Part shown: positions 15,686 to 28,330 of the stretch, in pieces
How the letters are laid out: each line of letters begins with the position of its first letter
How positions within the stretch are numbered: the stretch's first letter is position 1
Assembly (NCBI RefSeq): GCF_003334315.1
Contig: NZ_QOWR01000001.1
Direction: 5' to 3' (one strand)
DNA from: Escherichia coli
GTDB taxonomy: Bacteria > Pseudomonadota > Gammaproteobacteria > Enterobacterales > Enterobacteriaceae
Length of the DNA: 64,000 nt
The notes under the pieces: generated by a model
What the model was told of the DNA's origin: nothing
Seen by the model: the letters and a program-made list of their open reading frames with translations, nothing else
Database searches by the model: none
Made by a program: the position numbers and the translations under genes

Positions 15686-17776
15686 ATGTGGCGCAGACTG
15701 ATTTATCACCCCGATATCAACTATGCACTTCGACAAACGCTGGTGCTATGTTTGCCCGTGGCCGTTGGGTTAATGCTTGGCGAATTACGATTCGGTCTGC
15801 TCTTCTCCCTCGTTCCTGCCTGTTGCAATATTGCGGGCCTTGATACGCCTCATAAACGTTTTTTCAAACGCTTAATCATTGGTGCGTCGCTGTTTGCCAC
15901 CTGTAGCTTGCTGACACAGCTACTACTGGCAAAAGATGTTCCCCTGCCCTTTTTGCTGACCGGATTAACGCTGGTACTTGGCGTCACTGCTGAGCTGGGG
16001 CCATTGCACGCAAAATTGCTTCCTGCATCGCTGCTCGCCGCCATTTTTACCCTCAGTTTGGCGGGATACATGCCGGTCTGGGAACCGTTGCTCATCTATG
16101 CGTTGGGCACTCTCTGGTACGGATTGTTTAACTGGTTTTGGTTCTGGATCTGGCGCGAACAACCGCTGCGCGAGTCACTAAGTCTGCTGTACCGTGAACT
16201 GGCAGATTATTGTGAAGCCAAATACAGCCTGCTTACCCAGCACACCGACCCTGAAAAAGCGCTGCCGCCGCTGCTGGTGCGCCAGCAAAAAGCGGTCGAT
16301 CTAATTACCCAGTGCTATCAGCAAATGCATATGCTTTCCGCGCAAAATAATACTGACTACAAGCGGATGCTGCGTATTTTCCAGGAGGCGCTGGATTTAC
16401 AGGAACATATTTCGGTCAGTTTGCATCAGCCGGAAGAGGTGCAAAAGCTGGTCGAGCGTAGCCATGCGGAAGAAGTTATCCGCTGGAATGCGCAAACCGT
16501 CGCCGCTCGCCTGCGCGTGCTGGCTGATGACATTCTTTACCATCGCCTGCCAACGCGTTTTACGATGGAAAAGCAAATTGGCGCACTGGAAAAAATCGCC
16601 CGCCAGCATCCGGATAATCCGGTTGGGCAATTCTGCTACTGGCATTTCAGCCGCATCGCCCGCGTGCTGCGCACCCAAAAACCGCTCTATGCCCGTGACT
16701 TACTGGCCGATAAACAGCGGCGAATGCCATTACTTCCGGCGCTGAAAAGTTATCTGTCACTAAAGTCTCCGGCGCTACGCAATGCCGGACGACTCAGTGT
16801 GATGTTAAGCGTTGCCAGCCTGATGGGCACCGCGCTGCATCTGCCGAAGTCGTACTGGATCCTGATGACGGTATTGCTGGTGACACAAAATGGCTATGGC
16901 GCAACCCGTCTGAGGATTGTGAATCGCTCCGTGGGAACCGTGGTCGGGTTAATCATTGCGGGCGTGGCGCTGCACTTTAAAATTCCCGAAGGTTACACCC
17001 TGACGTTGATGCTGATTACCACCCTCGCCAGCTACCTGATATTGCGCAAAAACTACGGCTGGGCGACGGTCGGTTTTACTATTACCGCAGTGTATACCCT
17101 GCAACTATTGTGGTTGAACGGCGAGCAATACATCCTTCCGCGTCTTATCGATACCATTATTGGTTGTTTAATTGCTTTCGGCGGTACTGTCTGGCTGTGG
17201 CCGCAGTGGCAGAGCGGGTTATTGCGTAAAAACGCCCATGATGCTTTAGAAGCCTATCAGGAAGCGATTCGCTTGATTCTTAGCGAGGATCCGCAACCTA
17301 CGCCACTGGCCTGGCAGCGAATGCGGGTAAATCAGGCACATAACACTCTGTATAACTCATTGAATCAGGCGATGCAGGAACCGGCGTTTAACAGCCATTA
17401 TCTGGCAGATATGAAACTGTGGGTAACGCACAGCCAGTTTATTGTTGAGCATATTAATGCCATGACCACGCTGGCGCGGGAACACCGGGCATTGCCACCT
17501 GAACTGGCACAAGAGTATTTACAGTCTTGTGAAATCGCCATTCAGCGTTGTCAGCAGCGACTGGAGTATGACGAACCGGGTAGTTCTGGCGATGCCAATA
17601 TCATGGATGCGCCGGAGATGCAGCCGCACGAAGGCGCGGCAGGTACGCTGGAGCAGCATTTACAGCGGGTTATTGGTCATCTGAACACCATGCACACCAT
17701 TTCGTCGATGGCATGGCGTCAGCGACCGCATCACGGGATTTGGCTGAGTCGCAAGTTGCGGGATTCGAAGGCGTAA
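15686..17776 (+). CDS. yhfK: Inner membrane protein YhfK
   Basis: Track ORF starts at TTG 15674; ATG at 15686 gives 696 aa starting MWRRLIYHPD; multi-TM. Confidence 0.8.
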   Translation: MWRRLIYHPDINYALRQTLVLCLPVAVGLMLGELRFGLLFSLVPACCNIAGLDTPHKRFFKRLIIGASLFATCSLLTQLLLAKDVPLPFLLTGLTLVLGVTAELGPLHAKLLPASLLAAIFTLSLAGYMPVWEPLLIYALGTLWYGLFNWFWFWIWREQPLRESLSLLYRELADYCEAKYSLLTQHTDPEKALPPLLVRQQKAVDLITQCYQQMHMLSAQNNTDYKRMLRIFQEALDLQEHISVSLHQPEEVQKLVERSHAEEVIRWNAQTVAARLRVLADDILYHRLPTRFTMEKQIGALEKIARQHPDNPVGQFCYWHFSRIARVLRTQKPLYARDLLADKQRRMPLLPALKSYLSLKSPALRNAGRLSVMLSVASLMGTALHLPKSYWILMTVLLVTQNGYGATRLRIVNRSVGTVVGLIIAGVALHFKIPEGYTLTLMLITTLASYLILRKNYGWATVGFTITAVYTLQLLWLNGEQYILPRLIDTIIGCLIAFGGTVWLWPQWQSGLLRKNAHDALEAYQEAIRLILSEDPQPTPLAWQRMRVNQAHNTLYNSLNQAMQEPAFNSHYLADMKLWVTHSQFIVEHINAMTTLAREHRALPPELAQEYLQSCEIAIQRCQQRLEYDEPGSSGDANIMDAPEMQPHEGAAGTLEQHLQRVIGHLNTMHTISSMAWRQRPHHGIWLSRKLRDSKA

Positions 17777-17791
17777 TGCAGGCTAAACCAT

Positions 17792-17817
17792 CGGATAAGG
17801 CATTCACGCCGCATCCG
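17792..17817. repeat. REP (repetitive extragenic palindrome) element
   Basis: CGGATAAGGCATTCACGCCGCATCCG between convergent yhfK and argD. Confidence 0.7.
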
Positions 17818-17842
17818 ACATCTTTTGCCTGATGCTTCGTAT

Positions 17843-19078
<1,236 letters not shown>

Positions 19079-19148
19079 TTACGCATAAACAAATGTGAAA
19101 TTATAACCACAAAATATGCATAAAAAATCACTAAATGGCAATCAGAAA

Positions 19149-19712
19149 TCAGCGATGCAGGAAATTAGCCAGCAGTTGATGTCCTTGTTCGCTAAGAATA
19201 CTTTCTGGATGGAACTGCACACCTTCCAGATCCCACTGGCGATGGCGAATCCCCATAATCTCGCGGGTTTCGCTCCAGGCCGTCACGTCAAAGCACGCTG
19301 GTAATGAGTCAGGTTCCACCACCAGCGAATGGTAGCGTGTCACGGTAAGTGGATTTGCCAGCCCCCGAAATACGCCCTCACCGTTATGTGTAATCGGCGA
19401 GGTTTTGCCGTGCATGACCTTTGCGGCGCGCACAACTTTACCGCCAAATGCCTGCGCCATTGCCTGATGACCGAGGCAGACGCCAAGAATCGGCAAGCGC
19501 CCGGCATAGTGGCGAATAACGTCAAGGGAGATCCCGGCTTCATCTGGCGTACAGGGGCCAGGTGAGATGACAATTTTTTGTGGTTTAAGGGCGTCGATAT
19601 CCGCCAGCGTCAACGCATCGTTGCGCTTAACCAGCACATCCGCCCCCAGTTCACAAAAGTACTGGTAGAGGTTCCAGGTAAAAGAATCGTAGTTATCTAT
19701 AAGCAGGATCAT
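19149..19712 (-). CDS. pabA: Aminodeoxychorismate synthase, glutamine amidotransferase subunit
   Basis: 187-aa class-I GATase with catalytic Cys in GVCLGHQ. Confidence 0.9.
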   Translation of the reverse strand: MILLIDNYDSFTWNLYQYFCELGADVLVKRNDALTLADIDALKPQKIVISPGPCTPDEAGISLDVIRHYAGRLPILGVCLGHQAMAQAFGGKVVRAAKVMHGKTSPITHNGEGVFRGLANPLTVTRYHSLVVEPDSLPACFDVTAWSETREIMGIRHRQWDLEGVQFHPESILSEQGHQLLANFLHR

Positions 19713-19743
19713 GGCGGCTCCGGTACAAAAGAACCGCGCTATT

Positions 19744-20346
19744 TTACTCAGATTCCCCGGCTTCGCTTACCACTTTGCTAAATATCATCTGCAGTGCGGT
19801 GAGATCCCCCATTGCCCCACTCTGATTTGCCTGATTCCAGGCCTCTTTTTCGATACCCTGCCAGCTCAGTTGATATCCGGCATGAATCGCCAGTTGCTCG
19901 AAGAAGATCCGCTGTGCCAGACCACTTCCCACCCGGAAGGGATGCAGCACGTTGATTTCACAATAGTAATGCGCCAGCCGCTCGACGAACTTCGCTTTCT
20001 CCAGGCCAACCAGATAACCTTCTTCCTCCAGATCCTGCATCAGGGCATTGCCCTCTTTTTCGATATAAGCAAAGTGGCAGAACGGCGTATCACCCTGATA
20101 AATATCAACTTCACGCAGTTGCCCTGCCCAGTCGAAAATATCCTGATACAGCTGGCGATGGATAGTTCGCAAATGCGGTAAACCGCGCACCAGCGGACCA
20201 AGCTCAATGGTCGCAGCACGCAGCGCCGTCATTTCGTAAGCGGCCTGTTCCAGCCGCTGCTGCTGGCGGATGTTCAGCCGGTTACGCATGATATCAAGGC
20301 CTGGATAAAGATACGGATCGCGCCCTTCGCCGAATTTATCGCTCAT
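19744..20346 (-). CDS. fic: Fic-family protein with degenerate active-site motif
   Basis: 200-aa ORF; motif region reads [12 protein letters not shown] (hand-checked from DNA at 19921-19944) versus canonical HPFx[DE]GNGRxxR. Confidence 0.88.
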
Positions 20347-20503
20347 AGTGACTCCTCAGCTCTTCAAGGCGCGCTAAAGCCTCTGCGGCAGTAAGAGTGA
20401 CTAAAGGCATCTCGACGCCTTCAAGACGGCGACTGGCCTGAAAATTACGATTACGCTGAAGCTCCCAGAGACGGGACTTTTGCTTATCGGTGAGTTTCTT
20501 CAC
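20336..20503 (-). CDS. yhfG: Small Fic-associated antitoxin-like protein
   Basis: Not in ORF track (55 aa). Hand-translated: GTG start at 20501-20503 with GGAGG upstream, stop TAA at 20336-20338, 11-nt overlap with fic start; contains SRRLEG. Confidence 0.7.
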
Positions 20504-20607
20504 TTGATGCCTCCCTGAACGTGTCCATTTGCCACAAGTATAAGCGGCAAATCCGGGTTACGCCGGGAGAGCAGAAGCGCGGGCAAGATTGCCCGCGCGA
20601 GAAATCA

Positions 20608-21189
<582 letters not shown>

Positions 21190-21450
21190 TTAACAAACAG
21201 AGCAGAAAAAAAGCAAGTGAAGAGATTCTAAATAGCCTTCAAGAACAAGGCCATCCCTTTACCTAATTTTACGTATCTGAAATATATGTAACCTGACGAT
21301 CACTTTTTATTCCGTGATCAAAATCACCTCTTAAAATGCAATTTAGCAACCGATTGCAATAAAACATTTAAACAGATCACAAAATCACCTAAAATCGCCC
21401 GCTCGCGGCATATCCCGCTATGCCATTTTATTTTTGAACGCAGGCCAATC

Positions 21451-22632
21451 ATGACTAACAGCAATCGCATCAAGCTCACATGGATTAGCTTTCTCTCCTA
21501 CGCACTGACTGGTGCGTTGGTTATTGTCACCGGGATGGTGATGGGAAATATCGCCGATTATTTCAATCTGCCTGTTTCCAGTATGAGTAATACCTTCACC
21601 TTCCTCAACGCCGGCATTTTAATCTCTATCTTCCTCAACGCCTGGCTGATGGAAATCGTCCCGTTGAAAACGCAGTTACGTTTTGGCTTTCTCCTGATGG
21701 TGCTGGCGGTTGCCGGTTTGATGTTCAGCCACAGCCTGGCGCTGTTCTCGGCGGCGATGTTCATTCTCGGGGTGGTCAGCGGCATCACCATGTCGATTGG
21801 TACATTCCTGGTAACACAAATGTATGAAGGGCGTCAGCGCGGTTCCCGCCTGTTATTTACCGACTCCTTCTTCAGTATGGCTGGGATGATTTTCCCAATG
21901 ATCGCCGCGTTTCTACTGGCGCGCAGCATTGAGTGGTACTGGGTTTATGCCTGCATCGGGCTGGTGTATGTCGCTATTTTTATTCTGACCTTCGGCTGTG
22001 AGTTCCCGGCGCTGGGCAAACATGCGCCAAAAACGGATGCTCCGGTAGAGAAAGAAAAGTGGGGGATCGGCGTACTGTTTCTCTCTGTTGCGGCGCTGTG
22101 CTACATCCTCGGTCAGTTAGGTTTAATCTCCTGGGTGCCTGAGTATGCCAAAGGCCTGGGCATGAGCCTGAACGACGCGGGCACGCTGGTGAGTAACTTC
22201 TGGATGTCATACATGGTCGGCATGTGGGCGTTCAGCTTTATTCTTCGCTTCTTTGATTTGCAACGCATTCTGACCGTACTGGCTGGTCTGGCTGCGATTC
22301 TGATGTACGTCTTTAACACCGGAACACCAGCACATATGGCGTGGTCAATTCTCGCTCTGGGCTTCTTCTCCAGCGCGATCTATACCACCATCATCACCCT
22401 GGGTTCACAGCAGACCAAAGTACCGTCGCCAAAACTGGTTAACTTTGTCCTGACCTGCGGAACCATCGGTACTATGTTGACCTTTGTGGTTACCGGCCCG
22501 ATTGTTGAACATAGCGGTCCGCAGGCGGCACTGCTTACAGCAAACGGTCTGTACGCTGTCGTCTTTGTGATGTGCTTCCTGTTAGGTTTCGTCAGCCGTC
22601 ACCGTCAGCATAACACCCTGACCTCTCATTAA
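21451..22632 (+). CDS. tsgA: MFS-type membrane protein TsgA
   Basis: 393-aa multi-TM ORF; hairpin terminator at 22641-22671. Confidence 0.8.
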   Translation: MTNSNRIKLTWISFLSYALTGALVIVTGMVMGNIADYFNLPVSSMSNTFTFLNAGILISIFLNAWLMEIVPLKTQLRFGFLLMVLAVAGLMFSHSLALFSAAMFILGVVSGITMSIGTFLVTQMYEGRQRGSRLLFTDSFFSMAGMIFPMIAAFLLARSIEWYWVYACIGLVYVAIFILTFGCEFPALGKHAPKTDAPVEKEKWGIGVLFLSVAALCYILGQLGLISWVPEYAKGLGMSLNDAGTLVSNFWMSYMVGMWAFSFILRFFDLQRILTVLAGLAAILMYVFNTGTPAHMAWSILALGFFSSAIYTTIITLGSQQTKVPSPKLVNFVLTCGTIGTMLTFVVTGPIVEHSGPQAALLTANGLYAVVFVMCFLLGFVSRHRQHNTLTSH

Positions 22633-22640
22633 TTGCTAAT

Positions 22641-22671
22641 GCCGGACGGCACTATCGTCGTCCGGCCTTTT
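22641..22671 (+). terminator. tsgA terminator
   Basis: GCCGGACGGC...GTCGTCCGGCC hairpin followed by TTTT. Confidence 0.6.
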
Positions 22672-22792
22672 CCTCTCTTCCCCCGCTACGTGCATCTATT
22701 TCTATAAACCCGTTCATTTTGTCTATTTTTTGCACAAACATGAAATATCAGACAATTCCGTGACTTAAGAAAATTTATACAAATCAGCAATA

Positions 22793-22808
22793 TACCCCTT
22801 AAGGAGTA
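22793..22808 (+). promoter_or_regulatory. Candidate NarL/NarP 7-2-7 site in nirB promoter
   Basis: TACCCCT-TA-AGGAGTA inverted heptamers, about 22 bp upstream of the FNR site. Confidence 0.65.
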
Positions 22809-22821
22809 TATAAAGGTGAAT

Positions 22822-22835
22822 TTGATTTACATCAA
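22822..22835 (+). promoter_or_regulatory. FNR binding site of the nirB promoter
   Basis: Perfect TTGAT-N4-ATCAA palindrome (TTGATTTACATCAA) about 60 bp upstream of the nirB ATG. Confidence 0.8.
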
Positions 22836-22893
22836 TAAGCGGGGTTGCTGAATCGTTAAGGTAGGCGGTAATAGAAAAGAAATCGAGGCAAAA

Positions 22894-25437
22894 ATGAGCA
22901 AAGTCAGACTCGCAATTATCGGTAACGGTATGGTCGGCCATCGCTTTATCGAAGATCTTCTTGATAAATCTGATGCGGCCAACTTTGATATTACCGTTTT
23001 CTGTGAAGAACCGCGCATCGCTTATGACCGCGTACACCTCTCGTCTTACTTCTCTCACCACACCGCCGAAGAGCTGTCGCTGGTGCGCGAAGGCTTCTAC
23101 GAGAAACACGGCATCAAAGTTCTGGTCGGCGAACGCGCTATCACCATCAACCGTCAGGAGAAGGTGATTCACTCCAGCGCCGGACGTACCGTTTTTTATG
23201 ACAAGCTGATCATGGCAACCGGTTCCTACCCGTGGATCCCACCAATCAAAGGTTCTGATACTCAGGACTGCTTTGTCTATCGCACCATTGAAGACCTCAA
23301 CGCCATTGAATCCTGCGCCCGTCGCAGCAAACGCGGTGCCGTTGTTGGTGGCGGCCTGTTAGGTCTGGAAGCCGCTGGCGCGCTGAAAAACTTAGGTATT
23401 GAAACCCACGTTATCGAATTTGCCCCTATGCTGATGGCGGAACAGCTTGATCAGATGGGTGGCGAGCAGCTGCGTCGCAAAATCGAAAGTATGGGCGTGC
23501 GCGTTCACACCAGCAAAAACACCCTTGAGATTGTGCAGGAAGGTGTCGAAGCGCGTAAAACCATGCGTTTTGCCGACGGCAGCGAACTGGAAGTCGACTT
23601 TATCGTCTTCTCTACCGGTATCCGTCCGCGCGATAAGCTGGCAACCCAGTGTGGTCTGGACGTTGCTCCGCGTGGGGGTATTGTCATTAATGATTCCTGC
23701 CAGACTTCCGATCCGGATATCTACGCCATCGGTGAATGCGCAAGCTGGAGCAACCGTGTATTTGGTCTGGTAGCACCAGGCTACAAAATGGCGCAGGTCG
23801 CCGTTGACCATATTCTCGGTAGCGAAAACGCCTTTGAAGGTGCTGACCTTAGCGCCAAGCTGAAACTGCTGGGCGTAGACGTAGGCGGTATTGGTGATGC
23901 GCACGGTCGCACGCCTGGCGCACGTAGCTACGTTTACCTCGACGAAAGCAAAGAGATCTACAAACGCCTGATTGTCAGCGAAGACAACAAAACCCTGCTC
24001 GGTGCGGTACTGGTGGGCGATACCAGCGACTACGGCAACCTGCTGCAACTGGTGCTGAATGCTATCGAGCTGCCGGAAAACCCGGATTCTCTGATTCTGC
24101 CGGCGCACTCGGGTAGCGGTAAGCCGTCTATCGGTGTTGATAAACTGCCGGACAGCGCGCAAATCTGCTCCTGCTTCGACGTCACCAAAGGTGATCTGAT
24201 TGCTGCCATCAACAAAGGCTGCCACACAGTTGCGGCGCTGAAAGCTGAAACCAAAGCGGGTACTGGCTGCGGTGGCTGTATCCCGCTGGTCACTCAGGTA
24301 CTGAACGCGGAACTGGCGAAACAGGGCATCGAAGTTAACAACAACCTGTGCGAACACTTTGCTTATTCGCGTCAGGAACTGTTCCATTTGATCCGCGTTG
24401 AAGGCATTAAAACCTTCGAAGAACTGCTGGCGAAACACGGCAAAGGCTACGGTTGTGAAGTTTGTAAACCAACCGTCGGTTCGCTGCTGGCCTCCTGCTG
24501 GAACGAATACATTCTGAAGCCGGAACATACTCCGCTGCAGGATTCTAACGACAACTTCCTCGCTAACATCCAGAAAGACGGCACCTACTCGGTGATCCCG
24601 CGTTCTCCGGGCGGTGAAATCACCCCGGAAGGGCTGATGGCAGTGGGTCGTATCGCGCGTGAATTTAATCTCTACACCAAAATCACCGGCTCCCAGCGCC
24701 TGGCGATGTTTGGCGCACAGAAAGACGATCTGCCGGAAATCTGGCGTCAGCTGATTGAAGCCGGTTTCGAAACCGGTCATGCCTATGCAAAAGCACTGCG
24801 TATGGCGAAAACCTGCGTGGGTAGCACCTGGTGCCGCTACGGTGTTGGCGATAGCGTCGGCCTCGGCGTGGAACTGGAAAACCGCTACAAAGGCATCCGT
24901 ACGCCGCACAAAATGAAGTTCGGTGTCTCCGGCTGTACCCGTGAATGTTCAGAAGCTCAGGGTAAAGACGTGGGTATTATCGCCACTGAAAAAGGCTGGA
25001 ACCTGTATGTTTGCGGTAACGGCGGCATGAAACCGCGTCATGCGGATCTGCTGGCAGCGGATATCGATCGCGAAACGCTGATCAAATATCTCGACCGCTT
25101 CATGATGTTCTACATCCGTACCGCCGACAAACTGACGCGTACCGCACCGTGGTTAGAAAACCTTGAAGGCGGCATTGATTACCTGAAAGCAGTGATCATT
25201 GACGACAAACTGGGGCTGAACGCTCATCTGGAAGAAGAGATGGCGCGCCTGCGTGAAGCGGTAGTGTGTGAGTGGACTGAAACGGTCAATACGCCGTCTG
25301 CGCAGACTCGCTTCAAACACTTCATCAACAGCGACAAGCGTGACCCGAACGTGCAGATGGTGCCAGAGCGCGAACAGCACCGTCCGGCAACGCCATATGA
25401 ACGTATCCCGGTAACTCTGGTGGAGGACAACGCATGA
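22894..25437 (+). CDS. nirB: NADH-dependent nitrite reductase large subunit
   Basis: 847-aa ORF with FAD/NAD Rossmann motif (IIGNGMVG), Cys clusters and siroheme domain; FNR site upstream. Confidence 0.96.
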   Translation: MSKVRLAIIGNGMVGHRFIEDLLDKSDAANFDITVFCEEPRIAYDRVHLSSYFSHHTAEELSLVREGFYEKHGIKVLVGERAITINRQEKVIHSSAGRTVFYDKLIMATGSYPWIPPIKGSDTQDCFVYRTIEDLNAIESCARRSKRGAVVGGGLLGLEAAGALKNLGIETHVIEFAPMLMAEQLDQMGGEQLRRKIESMGVRVHTSKNTLEIVQEGVEARKTMRFADGSELEVDFIVFSTGIRPRDKLATQCGLDVAPRGGIVINDSCQTSDPDIYAIGECASWSNRVFGLVAPGYKMAQVAVDHILGSENAFEGADLSAKLKLLGVDVGGIGDAHGRTPGARSYVYLDESKEIYKRLIVSEDNKTLLGAVLVGDTSDYGNLLQLVLNAIELPENPDSLILPAHSGSGKPSIGVDKLPDSAQICSCFDVTKGDLIAAINKGCHTVAALKAETKAGTGCGGCIPLVTQVLNAELAKQGIEVNNNLCEHFAYSRQELFHLIRVEGIKTFEELLAKHGKGYGCEVCKPTVGSLLASCWNEYILKPEHTPLQDSNDNFLANIQKDGTYSVIPRSPGGEITPEGLMAVGRIAREFNLYTKITGSQRLAMFGAQKDDLPEIWRQLIEAGFETGHAYAKALRMAKTCVGSTWCRYGVGDSVGLGVELENRYKGIRTPHKMKFGVSGCTRECSEAQGKDVGIIATEKGWNLYVCGNGGMKPRHADLLAADIDRETLIKYLDRFMMFYIRTADKLTRTAPWLENLEGGIDYLKAVIIDDKLGLNAHLEEEMARLREAVVCEWTETVNTPSAQTRFKHFINSDKRDPNVQMVPEREQHRPATPYERIPVTLVEDNA

Positions 25438-25760
25438 GCCAGTGGAAAGACATCTGCAAAATCGATGACATCCTGCCTGAAACCGGCGTCTGCGCGCTGT
25501 TAGGTGACGAGCAGGTAGCAATTTTCCGCCCGTATCATAGCGACCAGGTGTTTGCGATCAGCAACATCGACCCGTTCTTCGAGTCCAGCGTGCTGTCACG
25601 CGGGCTGATTGCGGAACACCAGGGCGAGCTGTGGGTCGCCAGCCCGCTGAAAAAACAGCGTTTTCGCTTAAGTGATGGCTTGTGCATGGAAGACGAACAG
25701 TTTTCCGTCAAACATTACGAAGCACGAGTGAAAGACGGCGTGGTGCAGCTGCGCGGTTAA
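25434..25760 (+). CDS. nirD: Nitrite reductase small subunit (Rieske-like)
   Basis: 108-aa ORF; ATGA overlap with nirB stop. Confidence 0.9.
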   Translation: MSQWKDICKIDDILPETGVCALLGDEQVAIFRPYHSDQVFAISNIDPFFESSVLSRGLIAEHQGELWVASPLKKQRFRLSDGLCMEDEQFSVKHYEARVKDGVVQLRG

Positions 25761-25885
25761 TGTTTTAACGGGAGGCGCAATGCCTCCCCTTTTTGCATGG
25801 TCCTGTAATGACCTTCGGTATATTGCAGGACATTTTTTAAACTTTTTGTTTTATTTTTTGTTTTTATTTTTTAAAGGATAATCAA

Positions 25886-26692
25886 ATGTTTACAGACACT
25901 ATTAATAAGTGTGCGGCTAATGCTGCGCGCATTGCACGCCTGTCGGCAAATAACCCGCTCGGCTTTTGGGTCAGCTCCGCCATGGCGGGCGCATATGTGG
26001 GTCTTGGGATCATCCTGATTTTCACGCTCGGTAATTTGCTCGACCCGTCCGTACGTCCGCTGGTGATGGGCGCGACCTTTGGTATCGCCTTAACGCTGGT
26101 GATTATCGCCGGTTCTGAACTGTTCACCGGACACACCATGTTCCTCACCTTTGGGGTAAAAGCGGGCAGCATCAGCCACGGGCAAATGTGGGCAATCCTG
26201 CCGCAAACCTGGCTGGGTAACCTGGTCGGTTCCGTCTTCGTTGCCATGCTCTATAGCTGGGGCGGCGGTAGCCTGCTGCCGGTAGATACCAGCATCGTTC
26301 ACTCCGTCGCGCTGGCTAAAACCACTGCACCGGCAATGGTACTGTTCTTCAAAGGTGCATTGTGTAACTGGCTGGTTTGCCTGGCTATCTGGATGGCGCT
26401 GCGCACTGAAGGGGCGGCGAAATTTATCGCTATCTGGTGGTGTCTGCTGGCATTTATCGCGTCCGGCTACGAGCACTCCATCGCTAACATGACGCTGTTC
26501 GCCCTCTCCTGGTTCGGCAACCACAGCGAAGCCTACACGCTGGCGGGTATTGGTCATAACCTGCTGTGGGTGACGCTGGGTAATACTTTATCAGGTGCCG
26601 TATTCATGGGATTGGGTTATTGGTATGCTACGCCGAAAGCGAATCGTCCGGTTGCGGACAAATTTAATCAAACTGAAACGGCTGCCGGTTAA
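25886..26692 (+). CDS. nirC: Nitrite transporter (formate/nitrite transporter family)
   Basis: 268-aa multi-TM ORF downstream of nirD. Confidence 0.9.
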   Translation: MFTDTINKCAANAARIARLSANNPLGFWVSSAMAGAYVGLGIILIFTLGNLLDPSVRPLVMGATFGIALTLVIIAGSELFTGHTMFLTFGVKAGSISHGQMWAILPQTWLGNLVGSVFVAMLYSWGGGSLLPVDTSIVHSVALAKTTAPAMVLFFKGALCNWLVCLAIWMALRTEGAAKFIAIWWCLLAFIASGYEHSIANMTLFALSWFGNHSEAYTLAGIGHNLLWVTLGNTLSGAVFMGLGYWYATPKANRPVADKFNQTETAAG

Positions 26693-26710
26693 TTACTAAG
26701 GGGTTTTTAC

Positions 26711-28084
26711 GTGGATCATTTGCCTATATTTTGCCAATTACGCGATCGCGACTGTCTGATTGTCGGCGGTGGTGATGTCGCGGAACGCAAAGCAAGGTTG
26801 CTGTTAGACGCAGGCGCTCGCTTAACGGTGAATGCATTAGCGTTTATTCCACAGTTCACCGCATGGGCAGATGCAGGCATGTTAACCCTCGTCGAAGGGC
26901 CATTTGATGAAAGCCTTCTCGACACCTGCTGGCTGGCGATTGCAGCGACGGATGATGACGCGCTTAACCAGCGCGTCAGCGAAGCCGCTGAAGCTCGTCG
27001 CATCTTCTGTAACGTAGTCGATGCGCCGAAAGCCGCCAGCTTTATTATGCCGTCGATTATTGACCGCTCACCGCTCATGGTCGCGGTCTCCTCTGGCGGC
27101 ACCTCTCCGGTTCTGGCACGCCTGTTGCGCGAAAAACTCGAATCACTGCTGCCGTTGCATCTGGGCCAGGTAGCGAAATACGCCGGGCAATTACGCGGGC
27201 GAGTGAAACAACAGTTCGCCACGATGGGTGAGCGTCGCCGTTTCTGGGAGAAATTGTTCGTTAACGATCGCCTGGCGCAGTCGCTGGCAAACAACGATCA
27301 GAAAGCCATTACTGAAACCACCGAACAGTTAATCAACGAACCGCTTGACCATCGCGGTGAAGTGGTGCTGGTTGGTGCAGGTCCGGGCGATGCCGGGCTG
27401 CTGACGCTGAAAGGACTGCAACAAATTCAGCAGGCAGATGTGGTGGTCTACGACCGTCTGGTTTCTGACGATATTATGAATCTGGTACGCCGCGATGCTG
27501 ATCGCGTTTTCGTCGGCAAACGCGCGGGATACCACTGTGTACCGCAGGAAGAGATTAACCAGATCCTGCTGCGGGAAGCGCAAAAAGGCAAACGCGTGGT
27601 GCGGCTGAAAGGTGGCGATCCGTTTATTTTTGGCCGTGGTGGCGAAGAGCTGGAAACACTGTGCAACGCGGGTATTCCGTTCTCGGTGGTTCCGGGTATT
27701 ACCGCAGCTTCTGGTTGCTCTGCCTATTCGGGTATTCCACTCACGCATCGCGATTATGCCCAGAGCGTACGCTTAATTACCGGACACTTAAAAACCGGTG
27801 GCGAGCTGGACTGGGAAAACCTGGCGGCAGAAAAACAGACGCTGGTGTTCTATATGGGGTTGAATCAGGCCGCGACTATTCAGCAAAAGCTGATTGAACA
27901 CGGTATGCCTGGCGAAATGCCGGTGGCAATTGTCGAAAACGGAACGGCAGTCACGCAGCGCGTGATTGACGGTACGCTCACGCAACTCGGTGAACTTGCT
28001 CAGCAAATGAACAGTCCATCGCTAATTATTATTGGTCGGGTTGTTGGCCTGCGCGATAAACTGAACTGGTTCTCCAACCATTAA
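26711..28084 (+). CDS. cysG: Siroheme synthase
   Basis: 457-aa ORF starting at GTG 26711 (MDHLPIF...); N-terminal Rossmann domain plus C-terminal methyltransferase domain. Confidence 0.9.
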
Positions 28085-28330
28085 TTTAACCCGGGCCAGA
28101 GAATTCTGGCCTTCTTAATGACTCTTTTTATATATTCAGCAAATAAAACATAGCCCCTTAATAAATATTATCTGCTAATGGGTTATATTCACCGTTACAG
28201 CGACTTACAAAATTAAGTCATTCGCTCACTGACGCCAATTAAATATTCCTGTATCGTTCTTAACGAGCAGTCTGCTTATATTCATATAATCAATGAATAT
28301 TAATTAATATATAATACATAGGGAATGTAA

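Noticed and set aside
20521-20607. Possible ppiA terminator hairpin (GCGCGGGCAAGATTGCCCGCGC)
   Set aside because: Strong stem but no T-tract on the relevant strand; left uncalled.
23392-24909. 505-aa ORF on the minus strand
   Set aside because: Antisense to nirB; no start context or independent evidence, while the nirB frame carries the recognisable cofactor motifs.
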